Assembly (NCBI RefSeq): GCF_964188315.1 | Contig: NC_135660.1 | Span: 99,200,001 to 99,264,000, forward strand | From: Podarcis muralis | Lineage: Eukaryota | Reading direction: 5' to 3' | DNA: 64,000 nucleotides | Part shown: piece after piece, positions 1-13,613 of the stretch | Layout of the letters: every line of letters starts with the position of its first letter | Position numbering within the stretch: position 1 is the stretch's first letter | Position numbers and translations under genes: made by a program | Notes under the pieces: generated by a model | Told to the model about the DNA's origin: nothing | The model's database searches: none | The model's input: the letters and a program-made list of their open reading frames with translations, nothing else

Positions 1-1873
1 CCAAGTCAACCCCTGAAAGTTACACTTTGCTAAAATAACATACAGGGTTGTTGTTAGCCAATCAATAGCGTGCATTTTTTAAAAACAATCCTACAATATC
101 ATGACTTATTTGCTACCCTCTGGTGGTGACATTTAACACAGTAGCAAAATTATATACACATTACTTAGAGATATGTCCCTCTGTTTTCAAGAGGGCTCAC
201 CTCCCACTGTGTTTTGTTTTTTTTTTAGGATTGCACCTTTAGGATGCCTCCAGGTAGGTGTGTGCTGTGGGATCTGTGCTCTCAAACACAAGGTTTTTTG
301 CTGCATCCATATGACATCATGGTAATCAAAATGCCAGCCCACATTTTCCCCATTTAATTTAGTGTTCTCTTTTCTGGGGTAAGTGTAAAACCACCACCTG
401 TTGTCAATGACCCATTTGCAATTTCTCAGCAAAACCTTTATGGTATGAAACCCCTATGTGGTGCTTTACTACATCACTTAAATTCATTGCACCTATGCAA
501 TATTTATCTATGAAACGTCCTTAAAATGTAGCTTAATATCCAATAGCCAAGATGTTCAAGATAGACGGAGAGGAAGGTCATTCAAGCTATTGTCTGTTGA
601 TGTGTTTGGATAGGCTGTGTGTGCTAAAGAGAGATAAGACTGGTCATGCAATGGTTATTAAAATACAGCTCCAACACAAGCAGACTTCTGCAGTCCACAT
701 AATTTGCATGGCTTTGCTTCCCCTTTCTTGCATAATTCTGGTTTTGCCAGTTGTGGAGAAGAGCAAAGGCACTGAAGATCTGCCCCTCCCAAATCACTGG
801 GACTCTTCCTTTGCTTCACTTCCCAGCTTTCCAGCTTTCCGAAGCAATGTCTACAATTGCAGGTCAGTATTTGCAACTGAAAGAGGGTGACGTCTTCCTT
901 TTAACATAGCAAGCAAAATGAAGAATGGTGTACCCTGTATCCTGTTCTGTACTTTATGGGAGTTCCTGTGCAATTGCTGCTTCTACAGAGCCTTAGGAAT
1001 GGGCTTGGTCCTTTAAGTGTAGTTATTTCAATGCAGGCTTCCATAGTCATCGGCTGATAGATATGGACTGCTGAATTGTTGCTCTACCTGAACTACACTG
1101 AATGAGGCAGGATCTTGGTAGTTTTATTTCTTATGTTTTTAACCAGCCCTTCTCCAGCATACCTACTGGCTACTGGCTATGACAATGATTGACATAAAGG
1201 GGTAGCAAGTGAGCTGCCTTGCGTGTTCAATGTAACCAACACAATTTTCATTGTTGAGCTGGAGGATTTAACTACTGATAACACCCCCTGGCATAATTAT
1301 AAGATTTTAGCAGCAGGAAAAATTCTGAGGTACAGTTAAAATGTGGTGATGGCACAGAGAAGTTGGACTCATGCTGAAAGTCATGACGACCCTTCATTGC
1401 CCCCAGGTGGTACGTTTTTAATAAAATATGCAGATAGGTGATAGAACAGTCATAAATGCTCGTTAGTTATATGTATGGTAATCACAGTTCATTATTCTTC
1501 TAATCTAGTGATAAAACTTTCCTGTTTAATCAATCAACAAGTCTAAACAGGAAAACAGCTCTGTCTGACGCTGCTCAGGCTTGTTTCCTTACTTGCAGTG
1601 CAAACTTGTTCAGTGCATGCCTACTGTTTAGTCAGAAGTAAGCTGCACTTTGTTCATTGGGGCTTTCTGCCATGGCTGGGCTGCCTGGGGCTGATGGATG
1701 CTCTAGTCCAAACACCTGGTGGGCACCAGGCTGACACACTGCATTGCAGCCTCCGTGCGAAAATTAAATCCTCCATCTGAACTATCTTATAAAAACTGTT
1801 CTAGAAGAGATTCATCAGACACAGCTTTATATTTATTTGTTACAAAAAAAAACACACTTGGGCCAAAAGCAAC

Positions 1874-2032
1874 CTAGTTTTTCTTCAAAGTCCTGGAATC
1901 TCCCTTTTTTGAAGATTGGTGTTGAGAATGAGTTTTCTTTTCCAAATCTTGCCTTATTTCCACAGGAAACTCATTTAAATGTAACTTAAGACAGGGAAGG
2001 CAGAATCTTTTTGCGTAGAAAAGGCTACAGTC
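1874..2032 (-). CDS. CDPF1: CDPF1 last coding exon (DCSLFYAKRFCLPC...KKN*)
   Basis: Minus strand ttttcag|gac acceptor; translates DCSLFYAKRFCLPCLKLHLNEFPVEIRQDLEKK, matching the CDPF1 C-terminus; TAG at 1874-1876; AATAAA on the minus strand at 1832-1837. The three exons (113+112+159 nt) give an intact 127-aa ORF. Confidence 0.93.
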   Translation of the reverse strand, partial: DCSLFYAKRFCLPCLKLHLNEFPVEIRQDLEKKTHSQHQSSKKGDSRTLKKN

Positions 2033-4228
2033 CTGAAAAAGAACAGAGAAATTCCTAAGCTCACCAAACTTAACACATTACATCTACTCTTATGTATGGC
2101 CCCAATCCAGCCAAAAGGTTAGTCCAAGTGCTTTTGATGAGGCATAGTTGTGACTAACTCATTTCTTAGCTTTGAAACTCAAAGGACTCGACTGCTCCTC
2201 CTCCTGCTCTAGAACCTGCCCCCCCCCCCTTGTGCTCAGCAATTAAGATACATACAGATCCAGCCACTTCTTAAGATTTAACAGCCAGTCTTGCCATCTG
2301 GGGTGGCTTGCGCTCCACCTGCTTGCATGAACTCTTTTAAACGTTCCTCACAAGCAGCCTCTGTTTGTTTACTACATTTTACTACACCCATTTTCAGCAA
2401 GTGCAATACACTGCTGGGCCCACACCAATGGAGCAGTGGCTCGGTTGCAGCTGGATTGAGGGTGACTAATTAATGAAGCGAAATATAAGATCAAAGGTTT
2501 CTTTAATCCAGCAGGTGAATTAAGATGTCCACAATCCTCCTCCACTTAAGGAAATCGTGGTCAGAAGACGTGGTGATGGTCACTGGCAGAGCAGTCCAAC
2601 CCTGTTCATGTTTACTCAGAAGTCCCACTGTGTCCAGTAGAGCTTTCTCCCAGGTAAATGTGCACAGGATTGCTTTTTAATTTAAAAAAATCTGCAAATC
2701 CATGGTCTCTCAATGGCTAAATGGAAGCTCCAAGGTCAGAGGCAATGAAAAGCTGAATACCAAAAGCTGTGGGCAAACAACACAGCAACACTCTTCTTGC
2801 TTTCAAGCCCTGCTCACCATCTTCACTGCAGCCTTTATGGAAGCTTACCTCATGCTCTCCAGCCATTTGGAACTACCACTCCCATCACCCCTGACTCTTG
2901 AGCAGGTTGAATGGGGCGGGTGGGAGCTGGAGTTCAACATATGCAGGGAATCAGAGTGCAGAAGGTTGACCGATGGCCAACATTAAGGGACCCTTGGCCT
3001 GACTGCATAGGGCTCCCTGGTCAATTACAACTTGTGCAAGGTCTGTATAACGAGCCTAAATAAATATATTTTGCTATAGGCCAATGAAGGGTGTAAGATC
3101 TGTTCCAGGAGGAGGCCAAAGCTGATTCCTATCAGACTTGCTTTGAACAAATCTGGAATCCTTAGCTCAATATCATTTTAGAGAACTGGAAGCGGGGAAA
3201 GAAATGGGTTATGAATTACGTTTTTCGGAGAATCCTACAGTTGGAAGGGAAACATTTAGCATGTAGCACATGTGATGAAACAGTTCCTCAAGTTGCACAA
3301 CTTGGGAAAATCCGTTTTTCCTGCAACGCCTCATAATGGTTCCTTATATCCACAACTACTTCAAGTAAGGGCTGCCGGTCATGACACAACGTGTAGCATT
3401 GTGGCTATAGGAGATAACATCCAGAGAAGCTTGCAACACCAAGGCAACAGATCTTCATCACAAAAGAAGCCAAACAAAGCTCAAAAGCTAAGAAACAGTC
3501 TCCAAAAAGGACTGTGCCGTTTGCTATGTCCTGTGCAAATGAAAATAAATGGCAGAATTCTTCTTGCCCCCCAAAACTCTAGAAACACAGCCTAGGGGAG
3601 AAGTGCTGGGGGCTCCTCAAGGGACATTCTCAATGCTTCAGCAAAATCCAATTTTTAGGATTCTTTGGAGGAAGTCACAAAAATGAAAATGGCATAAAAC
3701 CAATATACATTTGTAGTATAAGTATTCCCTTCATAGTCAAATAATCCAGGCATTAGGTATGGTATGTTGCTATGGTGAGCAATGTAAATAACAGGCTCAC
3801 TCTGGGCAGTGTGACTGGCATCACAAATACACCCACCCAGTAGTTAAGTTCCTGTGGTTCCATGGCATATTTATGGACATTCAAGCAGCTGAAGAGCAAG
3901 TATGAGGTGGCCAATTGTTCACCTGCTGGTGAAGACTTTCTGTTGAGCCTGGCAGGAGATTCACAGAAGGGCTGGGAACAGAATGACCCTGAACTGTTGA
4001 TAAGAAAATGACCAGAGAAAAGGAGCACTTAGGGTGCTGATCCTTCAGAGAGCCATTAAAAAAAACTGAATTATGGAACTGTATTTTGAAGTAGTATATA
4101 AAAGGTAATGGCAAAGCAAGGGTGGAAAAAAGGTTATGTTCCACTTGGCTTGATTTTCAGTCTCTAGGTCACAGCCTATGAAACTAACATCAGAGATATA
4201 AACGCAACCGGCATCACGTGCTACTTAC

Positions 4229-4340
4229 TGTGCCAACACACACATGCTTGCAACACAAACTGCACTGAGACCCAAGTATGAGGAATTTGTCCTTGTCAGA
4301 GGTGAATGGATCCTTCATGACATAGCATTCCTCCAGAAGG
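4229..4340 (-). CDS. CDPF1: CDPF1 middle coding exon (LLEECYVMKDPFTSDKDKFLILGSQCSLCCKHVCVGT)
   Basis: cccag| acceptor and |gtaagt donor; 112 nt; near-identical to the recalled CDPF1 segment LLEESYVMKDPFTSDKDRFLVLG; phases fit the flanking exons. Confidence 0.95.
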
Positions 4341-5974
4341 CTGGGAAAGAATCATTCCACATTTTAAAGAGATAGCACTGGCAAGGAGCAACTCACATTC
4401 CCACATCCAATCTTAAGGACCAGGTCAGTGGCTAATATTCAGCAGGGACTGTATCTGTACTGAGCAAAGGGCTGAAGGGCTAATGGCACTGAGTCAGGGC
4501 AGAGCCAGAGGAGAGGCATGATAGCCTTCTCACAGGCATTCCATTCACCACTGTGGGAAACAGCATACCAGGCCTCCCTCAAAAGTGAAGCTTTAGCTGA
4601 ATCCTTCCCTAAGCTCCCCTCTTCAGCTGACTTTCTCAAGACAAAGGCGAAGGCTCTAGAGCGCCACACCCCCTCCCAGCAAGAATCACAACAGTGGGGA
4701 TGTCGGGAGTTGCCTTCTTTCCGGCCTTCAGCAACCAACTCCTGTGCATGAGCCAAGACGCAGGCAAGTAGGAGTGAGCAGCTGAGGGGCAAAACAAGAG
4801 AAGGGAAGTTGTTCTGTGCCCTCTCTGGAATTAACCTGCTGTTTCCAAAGGACAATTCTCACACTCCGAAAGGGCACAGAACAACTTGCTCCTGGCCCCA
4901 ACCCTGCCTGCCTTTGGCAGACACCAGATGCTGAATGCTCCAGGGACCAAAATAGATTTTCTCATCATGAAACTAGGGGACTCTTGAATGCAGCTGAAAA
5001 ACAGTGAAGGGTCACTGTGAGGTAAAGGAACAGTTTTGTTTATCACTAACAGGTAAATTGAAAATGATCCTTCTCCGCACTCCCTGCAAAAAGTAAGGGA
5101 TAGAAACATGGTCCCCATTTAAATATCAAGCTCTCAATAAAACTGTGTCCCATGTTAGAGGGCAGCAGTTTCCGCTGTCTTATTAGCAAGCCATTCTTGA
5201 ATCCATAATGCAGGATTCTGCAACCTGGTGCCCTCCAGATGTTTTGACGACAACTCCTTTCAGCACAGGCCAGCATGGCCACTGCTGAGTGTGGCCACTG
5301 GAAGCGGTAGCTGAAAACATCTGGAGGGCATCACTTTGCAGTAAGGCCAGAGCTATAGGTCACACTCTGGAACTTTCATTCTCAGTTCTCAGGAAACAGT
5401 GAGTAAAGCTCAAGATTTCTAGCAGGGAATTCTTAAGACCCTCACCAAGTATAATTTCTGGACCTCTTGAGAAGTGAACTTATAAGAACCAGTTGTTCTT
5501 GGGTGCCTGTTTCCACATTCCTACTTTATGTGGGAAGAGGCCCGACATCAGTTCAGCTTGAAGGTGCCACAAGGCTCTTTGTACTTTTTTGAAAGCAAGA
5601 CTCCTCAAATATTTCGGTCCTAGCTACACATTTGGCAAAAAACACGTGACTGGGACTCCCTTTCTCTGTGCAGGTGCAGACCTAGTTTTCAGAAGACACA
5701 GGTGTGGGGAGGTGCTTACACACATAAACTGTTACTTTTCCCAATTTCATAGGAAAATCTGCTTGGGGTGTAGCAAGGAGAAAGCAGCAGACAAAGGAAG
5801 GGCAGGGAAGCTGGGGACCACCCATCACGGCTGCTCTGCAAATCCCTGCAAAAAGAGACCAGGTGGCTGAAATTCCCATCTCTGGGCTAGCCACTGGCCC
5901 TCCGCTACATGGCATAGTGGAGATGCTATCATTGGTGGACAGCACAGGGAGTAAGTGGTAAGAGATGTACTTAC

Positions 5975-6087
5975 GTAACACAGGCAGCATTTGGAGGTTT
6001 CTGCCCGTAGTAGCTGTACGGGGCAGTTAATCCACACAACTCACACTCAAAAGTGCCACAGCACTGGGACTCCTTGCTGCACTTCAT
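5975..6087 (-). CDS. CDPF1: CDPF1 first coding exon (MKCSKESQCCGTFECELCGLTAPYSYYGQKPPNAACV)
   Basis: ATG at 6087-6085; FECELC.LTAPYSY.GQKPPN motif of CDPF1; |gtaagt donor at 5974-5969. Confidence 0.93.
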
Positions 6088-6879
6088 CTGGGAATGCTGC
6101 CGACCAAATGCCCAAACAGATGGATTTGTACGTGGAGCCACTCAGCTGGTCCAGGACTGTCCAGAGTGGTCCACATGTGCTGCACCTGAAACTGAAAGCT
6201 AGACTTGAATTAGCAGCACCCCATGTTCTTACACACCCAGGGAGGGGGAGGGGGGACCAATCACAGTCCTGGGTCTTAATTTCCTCCAGTGTCAGAGGCA
6301 GAATGCAAACAGTGAGGCCTGCATCTGGCTGGCCACCATACAGGGAACAGAAGGTGGGGTGAGGTGGGCTTTTGATTTAAATAGGGATCTTCTCATCTGC
6401 TCAAAACAGTCAGCCGTTTCATAACATCTCCAAGCAGCCAGTGTGGAATTCAGATGGGAGTTATTATTTGCTTACTCTGAAAATGTGTGGAACTCCTGTC
6501 ACCAAATATTCTGGGATTAGCAGCTGGGGATAAGACAAACCTAGAACTTTTGAGTGTTCGAAGCAGACACCACCTTTTACAAAGAGCGAGGAGGAAAGAT
6601 CTCTTCCCCCAACAGGTACAGAAGAGGCAGCAGAGGAAAGGAGGCAGGGAGGAAGAGGAAGAAGAATGACTGGCAGGCCTGGTTACAGGAGCGCAGGGGG
6701 GTCAGGTTACATGTTTTAGCTTATTCATTACTACAGTCTTGTAGATGAGAGTATCTCCATATTGCAGTTTGTAGGCATGTGCAGGATACATGAGTGCTAA
6801 GGCTAAGGAGTTATAATAGCTTGCCAAAGATCACCTGTAAATTTATGCCAGATATGAGATGTGAAGTGGGGACTAAATA

Positions 6880-7109
6880 CAGTGGTACCTCAGTTTAAGA
6901 ACAGCCCTGCTTATGAACTATTCGGTTTATGAACTCTGCAAAACCGGAAATTGTGTCCCAGTTTGCGAACTTTACCTCGGTCTAAGAACGGTGGAAGGGC
7001 ATCAGCAGCAGGAGGCCTCATTAGGGAAAGTGTGCCTCAGTTTAAGAACGGTTTCGGTTTAAGAACAGACTTCCAGAACAGATGAAGTTTGTAAACCGAG
7101 GTACCACTG
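6880..7109. mobile_element. Tc1/mariner-type MITE
   Basis: TIRs cagtggtacctc...gaggtaccactg flanked by TA on both sides; 230 bp, no coding capacity. Confidence 0.85.
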
Positions 7110-9199
7110 TATTAACTATGCACAAAAACTCTCAGCACTTACAAACTTAGTGTACCTGGGAAATAGGTCAGAAATCTCCTTCTGGTGTTCTAATTTTGAA
7201 TGTATAGCAGGGATTGGTGTTGTTGTTTAATTAAAGAGAAATGGAGGTGGAGCATTTAGTCGCAACAGGGCTGTGTTGTGCAACTGCTGTGACAGTCTAG
7301 GTGGCTCCACGTGAAATCCTTAAACGAGTTAACCATGATTGGTGTAGAGTATAATGAGATTTCACTGAGAAAATAGCATGATGTTGAACCAGTAGGAGAT
7401 TAGACTGTCATTATCATACAATTATTTGCACTAGAAGACATGCTATTTACCACCATGCGCCCAGTTTATATGCTCAACCAACTGAGGGCTGTGATTTCCA
7501 CAGGGTGGGAGCACTGGAATACGATGCTTGAACATGCTGGGCCAATGTCCTTCACCCTCAAAAGTAGTGTTGTGGGGGGAGGGGAGGATAGTCACACAAA
7601 TCAAGCCTAAAGGCATAGAGGCCAATGCATGTCGTGCCCACATAACACATGTGCACTGCTGGGAGGGAATCCTCAGGCATGTGAATGTGTGAGCTGGGCA
7701 CCAGTAAGGATGGAGGTTCCTTCCAGAAGCTCTCTTACAAATCCAAAGAGAACAGCAAAGTAAGGTGGGCAGGTATCGTGTTTTACTTGCTTCTCCTCTT
7801 CTTATGCAAGCCTTTAAGAGTGACTATTTTTATGTGGCTTTTAATTCTCCACAGCTGCTCTTTATCAGCTAATTGTTCTGCATATTAAGGAAGCACAAAC
7901 AGATGTACTTTGCACAGACAAGCCTGAACTGAATCTTGGGTTTATGTCAGGGAGGCCTTCCATACCCTTTATTTAATTTTACCAGATTAAATTCATACTG
8001 GCACTTGTGGCCTTCCTCCGCTGCAGGGAGTTCGCACACATGGTTATTTAAATGCCAAGGAGGACCAATTAGCATATTTACAGCTTTGGATAGCAGAGTG
8101 TTCTCAGGATCAAGCTGCCCCCATCTACCCCTGAAGGTGTAAACTGCCTCCTCACCTCCATTCAGACATGATTAAAGGGGTCTCCAAGATATTAGAAAGT
8201 AGGAAATGGGATGCAACAAAACCCTCAAATCATGTTGTTAGAGAGGAATAAAATAAGAAGTTAGAAGAGCGCAAACATTGTATTAGCTGCATATATGCTA
8301 ACCATAGCATGCACATCAACGGCAAAACATGGAAGTCAGCTATTTTATCAACTCTTAGTCAATGAGGAGGGGAAATATGTGGACTACTATGTGAATGAAT
8401 AAGATCGGGGCCTGTAAATATTTGGAGTTGGTGTGCTCATCATCATTTTTTCATTTATTGGTAATTATATTAAGTAACTCAATTCGCAAATGTAAAATGA
8501 AGGTATCAGATATTTATTTTTTAAAAGGGGTGTTGCATTACTAGCTGAGGGAGAAGCGACAGGGATAATCCCATATGCTCAGCTGGTTGTAACCCGCCAC
8601 CATTTGTGGAGCTGAGAGCAGGCACCTCCTTCTTTTCTGAATGTGTGCGGGGGGGGGGGGGGTTACTGAAGTGTGCTCTGCGTCAGAAACAGAGATGGAG
8701 AGGTGCAGGCAGGTGAGAAAGACCAAGAGCATGAATTTGTGACCTGTGAATGGGAGGGAGAGAGGAAGAGGCATGTGTGGTGATGAGACCTGTTCCAGCA
8801 GGACCTTGCAGACTTACCACCTGACGCTGTCTGGGTGTGAAGAGCAACAGCAAATGACCCTCTTCTAATTTTGTTATGCCACAAACCCCAAATAGCAGCC
8901 AGTTTGTGGCACCCGCAGCATTTTCTCAAACTTCACTATGTGCCTCTTGGTCCACAAAGTTTGGCAGCCCCTGCACTCAAGGTCAGGAGCTCATTCAAGA
9001 ATCCCACTCCGCCCCCTGAATGCCAGAGGATGCCCTGCGAAGGGGTGAGCACCGCTGCCCCCTAGAGGGCAGGAACAGAACTTCCCGGTGCACATCCCGC
9101 CCCCCCCCCCAAAGCCGGCCATTACATTCTAGGGGTAATTCCATTCTTGACAAGGACATGTCTATCTCCACATCTGTTTTTCGCAGACCTGGCAGCAAT

Positions 9200-9980
9200 A
9201 AAACTGCTAGCACATTGGCAAAGTGAAGCGGGGGCCGGTATGGGGGGGGGGCCGCATGTTGAAACTACTAGATGACCCTGGAAGGGACCTGCTAAGGGAC
9301 CCGACGAAGAAGCGGCGGGGAGGAAGAAGAAGCACTTCTGGGCTGCGCAGCTCCGAGGGCAAGAGGGAGACGCGCCTCCAAAGGCCAAGGGCGGAGGCTC
9401 CTCGCTCGCTCGCCCCACGTGGCGCTGTCCCTGCAGCAAGGCGGGCCCCGATTCTGCCCCGGAGCAGTCGAGCCCCAAGTGTCACTTACGCTCCCTGGCC
9501 GAAGGGGCCGCTTCCTAAGGTCCAGCGAGGAGGCCCCAAGTCTCTTTGCGCCCGGAGAGCGCAGCTCGGAGACGAGGGCTGCTGCGAACAAAAGACCTTT
9601 ACTTGCGAGGAAGCAGCGGACAGGACCGGGCAGCTGCCGGCAGAAAGAGAAGGCGGGGCTTTAGCTAATGCTCATTGCAACGCACCTTCCCTAGTGAAGT
9701 TAGCTTCGAGTCAGAAGCGCCTGTACAAAACAAGTCCAGAGGCCTGGCGCGGCTCTCCTCTTTTTCGGGCTCCCGGCTCTGCAGCCGCTTCCTGCTCCTC
9801 GGATCCGGCCCCTCCTTTTAAAGGAGCGGGAGAGAAAGGCTCCCGTCGGGGAAGCAGCTGCCTCTCCCGGCCCAATGACGTCTTCAAATGCTGAGCTAGT
9901 TCACTAACTCGGAGGCGAGTCCCACGTACATGACTTCATTTCCGAGCAAACCTATAAATAGGACCAGCGGAAGTGAAGTC
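9200..9980 (-). promoter_or_regulatory. CDPF1: CpG island, probable CDPF1 promoter and non-coding exon 1
   Basis: GC/CpG-rich block upstream of the CDPF1 ATG exon; minus-strand donor c|gtaagt at 9489; CCAAT plus CRE-like TGACGTCT (9872-9883), TATAAATA (9953-9960, + strand), ETS CGGAAGTG (9968-9975). Confidence 0.65.
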
Positions 9981-10206
9981 TGCAAGCAATGAAAAATACT
10001 TGGAATTAAATCCCGCTGAAAGGGACAGGTCTAGGCTCCATGCAAACCATAGAACTGTAGAGTTGGGAAGGACCCCAAGGGCCATGTGCAAGGCAAGAAT
10101 CTAAACTAAAGCATGCAGGTGATAAAAACCAGGGCAGTTCTAGTTCCTCCACAGGTATAAAATAAACCCAGCTACGCCGGGGGGGGGGGGGATTAAATAC
10201 ATTTTC

Positions 10207-10260
<54 letters not shown>

Positions 10261-10405
10261 TTATTATTTATACCCCGCCCACTCTGGGCGGCTTCTAATG
10301 GAATATTAAAATACAATAACCTATTAAACATTAAAAGCTTCCCTATACAGGGCTGCCTTCAAATGTCTTCTAAGTGTCTGGTAGTTGTTTTTCTCTTTGA
10401 CATGG
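10207..10405 (-). mobile_element. L2/CR1-clade LINE 3' end with (AAT)18 tail
   Basis: (AAT)18 at 10207-10260 followed by tttataccccgccc...gggctgccttcaaatgtcttc, the same terminal sequence as at 57415-57600. Confidence 0.6.
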
Positions 10406-10410
10406 GGATG

Positions 10411-10411
<1 letters not shown>

Positions 10412-10452
<41 letters not shown>
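10412..10452. repeat. (TTA)n microsatellite
   Basis: About 13-14 perfect TTA units, seen directly. Confidence 0.95.
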
Positions 10453-11432
10453 TTGCATTAAGTGATTTTCATTGACACTAAATGCAAAGAGATTTTCACC
10501 TTTTTCCTGATGTAGATCTTCACTCAGCCCCTGGCGGCGGGGTGTGTGTGTGCCATTTTCTGGTTCGCCTCTGGTGCCAAAATGTCTTGGGCTGGCCCTG
10601 AATGAGAATGCCTGACCAGGTCTTCCCTGCAGGCTCATTGGCAGCGTCTCTCTAGAGAGGAAGAGCGGTTGCTGCTTCTTTTCCTCGCTCCTCTCAGAGC
10701 TCGCTTGCTTGGAGAGGGTGGGGGGGCGTGCGCAGGCAGCGGCAGCAGGAGGGCCGGGAGTTGGCAGTGGGCCCTCAGCTGAGGTGTGGCTCTTGGCAAG
10801 TGGTTAGTGATGCTGACTCTGATTACAAACACACCCCTGTAGCAGCTGCCCTTGGAAATGCCCACACTACTTGGAGAATTGGGGAGCTGCAGGTGTGAAA
10901 CAGTAAGCTCAATGCAAACTTGAAAGAGGTATCATTTTGTAAAGGTTCAGCTCCAATTCTTCAGTAAAGATAAACAATAGTTCTTCAGTAAAATCTGCAG
11001 ATAGGAAAACTTGGCTCGACTGACTAATTTTAGCCAGGATTCTGTATTCTGTTGCTTTGGCTCTTAGTCTGATTGTTAAGACATGTGATGATGTAACTTA
11101 ATAGTTTCCCCTCCTTTTCTCATTTCCAGAAACATTTCTGGTGGCCACTGCAAAGCCTCTGAGGTGGAGGGCACTATTTTGGGGGTGGCATCCACACAAC
11201 ATTGTGCTGGAGTCAACAGCATCCCATTTCTCCCCACCCTTCCTCGGGGGAGGGGATCTAGTTAGTGCAGTTAAGGGTGGCGTAGGGGCAAAAGCCTCAA
11301 AGCTGCAGCTGTTTCAAAGTGGAACCATTTGATTTGGGGAGGCGGTTGATGTCTGACGTGTTTTGTGGCATTTCTTGGGAGAGCTGCTCTACTGCCATGC
11401 TTCCTCAGCTCTGGTTTGGCACAGCTATCCAG

Positions 11433-11480
<48 letters not shown>
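11433..11480. repeat. (CTAT)12 tetranucleotide microsatellite
   Basis: 12 perfect CTAT units, seen directly. Confidence 0.95.
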
Positions 11481-11481
<1 letters not shown>

Positions 11482-13613
11482 ATCTTTGTAGCAGTGAAGC
11501 AGGACTTGTGCGCCATTAAAAAGTCTAACCTGGAATTTTGCTGCTCAACTCTGTTGGTGTGTGTAAAGTTTGCAAAACAGGTGAGGCATCAAAGGTGCTT
11601 GTGGTGAAATGGGCTGCCTCCTCAGTAGTTCCTCCTTCCCTTCCTGCAGAAACCAAGTCTGACTGGTTGTGATTCTCTTGTGGCTCTGGTGGGATGTCTT
11701 AAGTTTGTAAAAGGAAAGGGGCAGTAGGAAGGGGGACAGCAAGGAAGGGTCAAGCAAGCCCTTTGCCCTTTGCCATGTAGCCTCAAGCTGCCCACTCAGT
11801 CCACTACACTGGGCAAGGGAATGATGACAAGCACTGTAAAACATTCCAGGCTGGGCTTGTTGCTGGTGGCCAAGTTCTGCTCAGCTCCTATTTAAGCACA
11901 CACACGTGCAAGGGCAGCAAGAATTGTGCACAACAATTGCACAATCCATGGTACACTCAGATGCTTTCCATGGCCAATTACAAAAAAAAATACTCCTAGC
12001 TTGGTCATTTTTGTACATGCTCTGTGAAGTGTAGCATATGGGAAGCATGGAGAAAGGGCAGGGAGGGAGGGGAAAATAGGCACTTTCAGTTATGCGCCAT
12101 GCATTGGTGGTGCCTGAATACCATAGATGTAAAAATGTATAAATCTGTAAGGAATGGTGCTGTACTAAATGATATTCTGATAAAAGTGGAATGAGAAGGT
12201 AAAGAAATCAGCAGATTTCCATCCAAAAGCACCTTTACATCTGTAAAAGTTATGGACAGCCCCCCACACACTCTGTCTATACCAAATGCCAGAATTTCAG
12301 CTAGTGTGGAAGTAACATAGGCAGAGCATTTTATGTCCCGTCTCATACTAGACTTTTAGTGTTCAATATTTATTGGACCACATATGTACCACATTTCAGT
12401 TTGCTAAGTATCCCTAACCAGGTTCAAAGGAGTTGCAGGGTTGCATGGGCTAACCCCATTGCTCCCATTGCTGACACACCGATTGGCCCCCCACTCACCC
12501 AGGGGCACATGCACACTGATGTCCATATGCAGAGCTGCTCCATGGCAAAGGCTGGCTGGCGGTGATGGTCCTGGCCCAATCAGGAACACCTCTTCAGAGG
12601 AAGCCCTCGAGATGTGCAGTTTTACTTCTTATGTATGCTGAAGACACAGTTGCTAGCGGTGCCATGAGCAGGGGTTGGGGTAGCCTTACACATTAGGGTT
12701 CACCTGAAATATCTTTAATAACCCATGAATTAGTGGGCTGGTGTCTAGATTCAGTAGCGTATATGCTGCATTTGTCAGCATGAGTTCTGTACAGTCTGTG
12801 CACACCATAGCTATTTGCATGCTCAGCTGCATCTGCATAAGCACATGCACATGCATGGCACAGTAGTCCTACAAACATATGGGGTACAAAAGATGAAATC
12901 AAGGGCAATGTGTTTCATTCCTGAATGTTATTACCCCTCATGGCTCTGCAATTGATCCAGCCTGATATTAATAATGCCACAAAGTAATTGTAAAATAATA
13001 GTAGTAATGACACACAAATAAAATAGTGAAGCAAACAAAACGCCTCATGCAAATGACAGTTTTACTATTAAGGTTACAGTCTTCCTCTTTGGCAAAAAGG
13101 CACTCATTACACTTCACACACACCCTCTCAGCTCAAACATTCTATATTGCTGTATTTTCAGAGATTAAGAGATAATAAATTAGATCACCCAAATGAAATC
13201 TCTATTTGAAACAACAACAATAATAACAGGGGTTTTTTTAGTGCAGGATACATACACCAAAGACCTGTTCCCCAACCCTTTCCTACAGTTTTATAACACC
13301 CTCCCTCCTTGTTTTCTCACCTGACAAGAGAGGTTGAGGGAGGCACGGGTGGAGGTGTAAGAAACTGAGGTTACACCGATACTGGTTCTTCATCCAGACT
13401 AGTGGTATGGGAGTGCTTGCAGTTAATTAAGTGTAATCATTCCATAATAGCTTCTGTGAATAAATGGGATGATGTGGAGGGCGGCACTGAAAAGCAGTTT
13501 CATAGGAATTAGCACTGATTAATATTCGGAGCAATTCATTTTTCCTTACTTCTTCCTTTCTGTCTTTTTAAATGTGCAGTTTTCATTCAGTTTTGAAAAA
13601 GCCAGCTTAAGAA

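Noticed and set aside
187-890. Short ORFs at the window start
   Set aside because: No recognisable homology or splice context; could be the 3' region of a neighbouring gene (PPARA by mammalian synteny), but nothing in the sequence supports that.
9122-9894. Overlapping ORFs of up to 223 aa in the CDPF1 CpG island (also 30080-30501 and 54698-55356)
   Set aside because: Arg/Pro/Gly/Ala-rich ORFs in several frames are expected from stop-poor GC-rich DNA.
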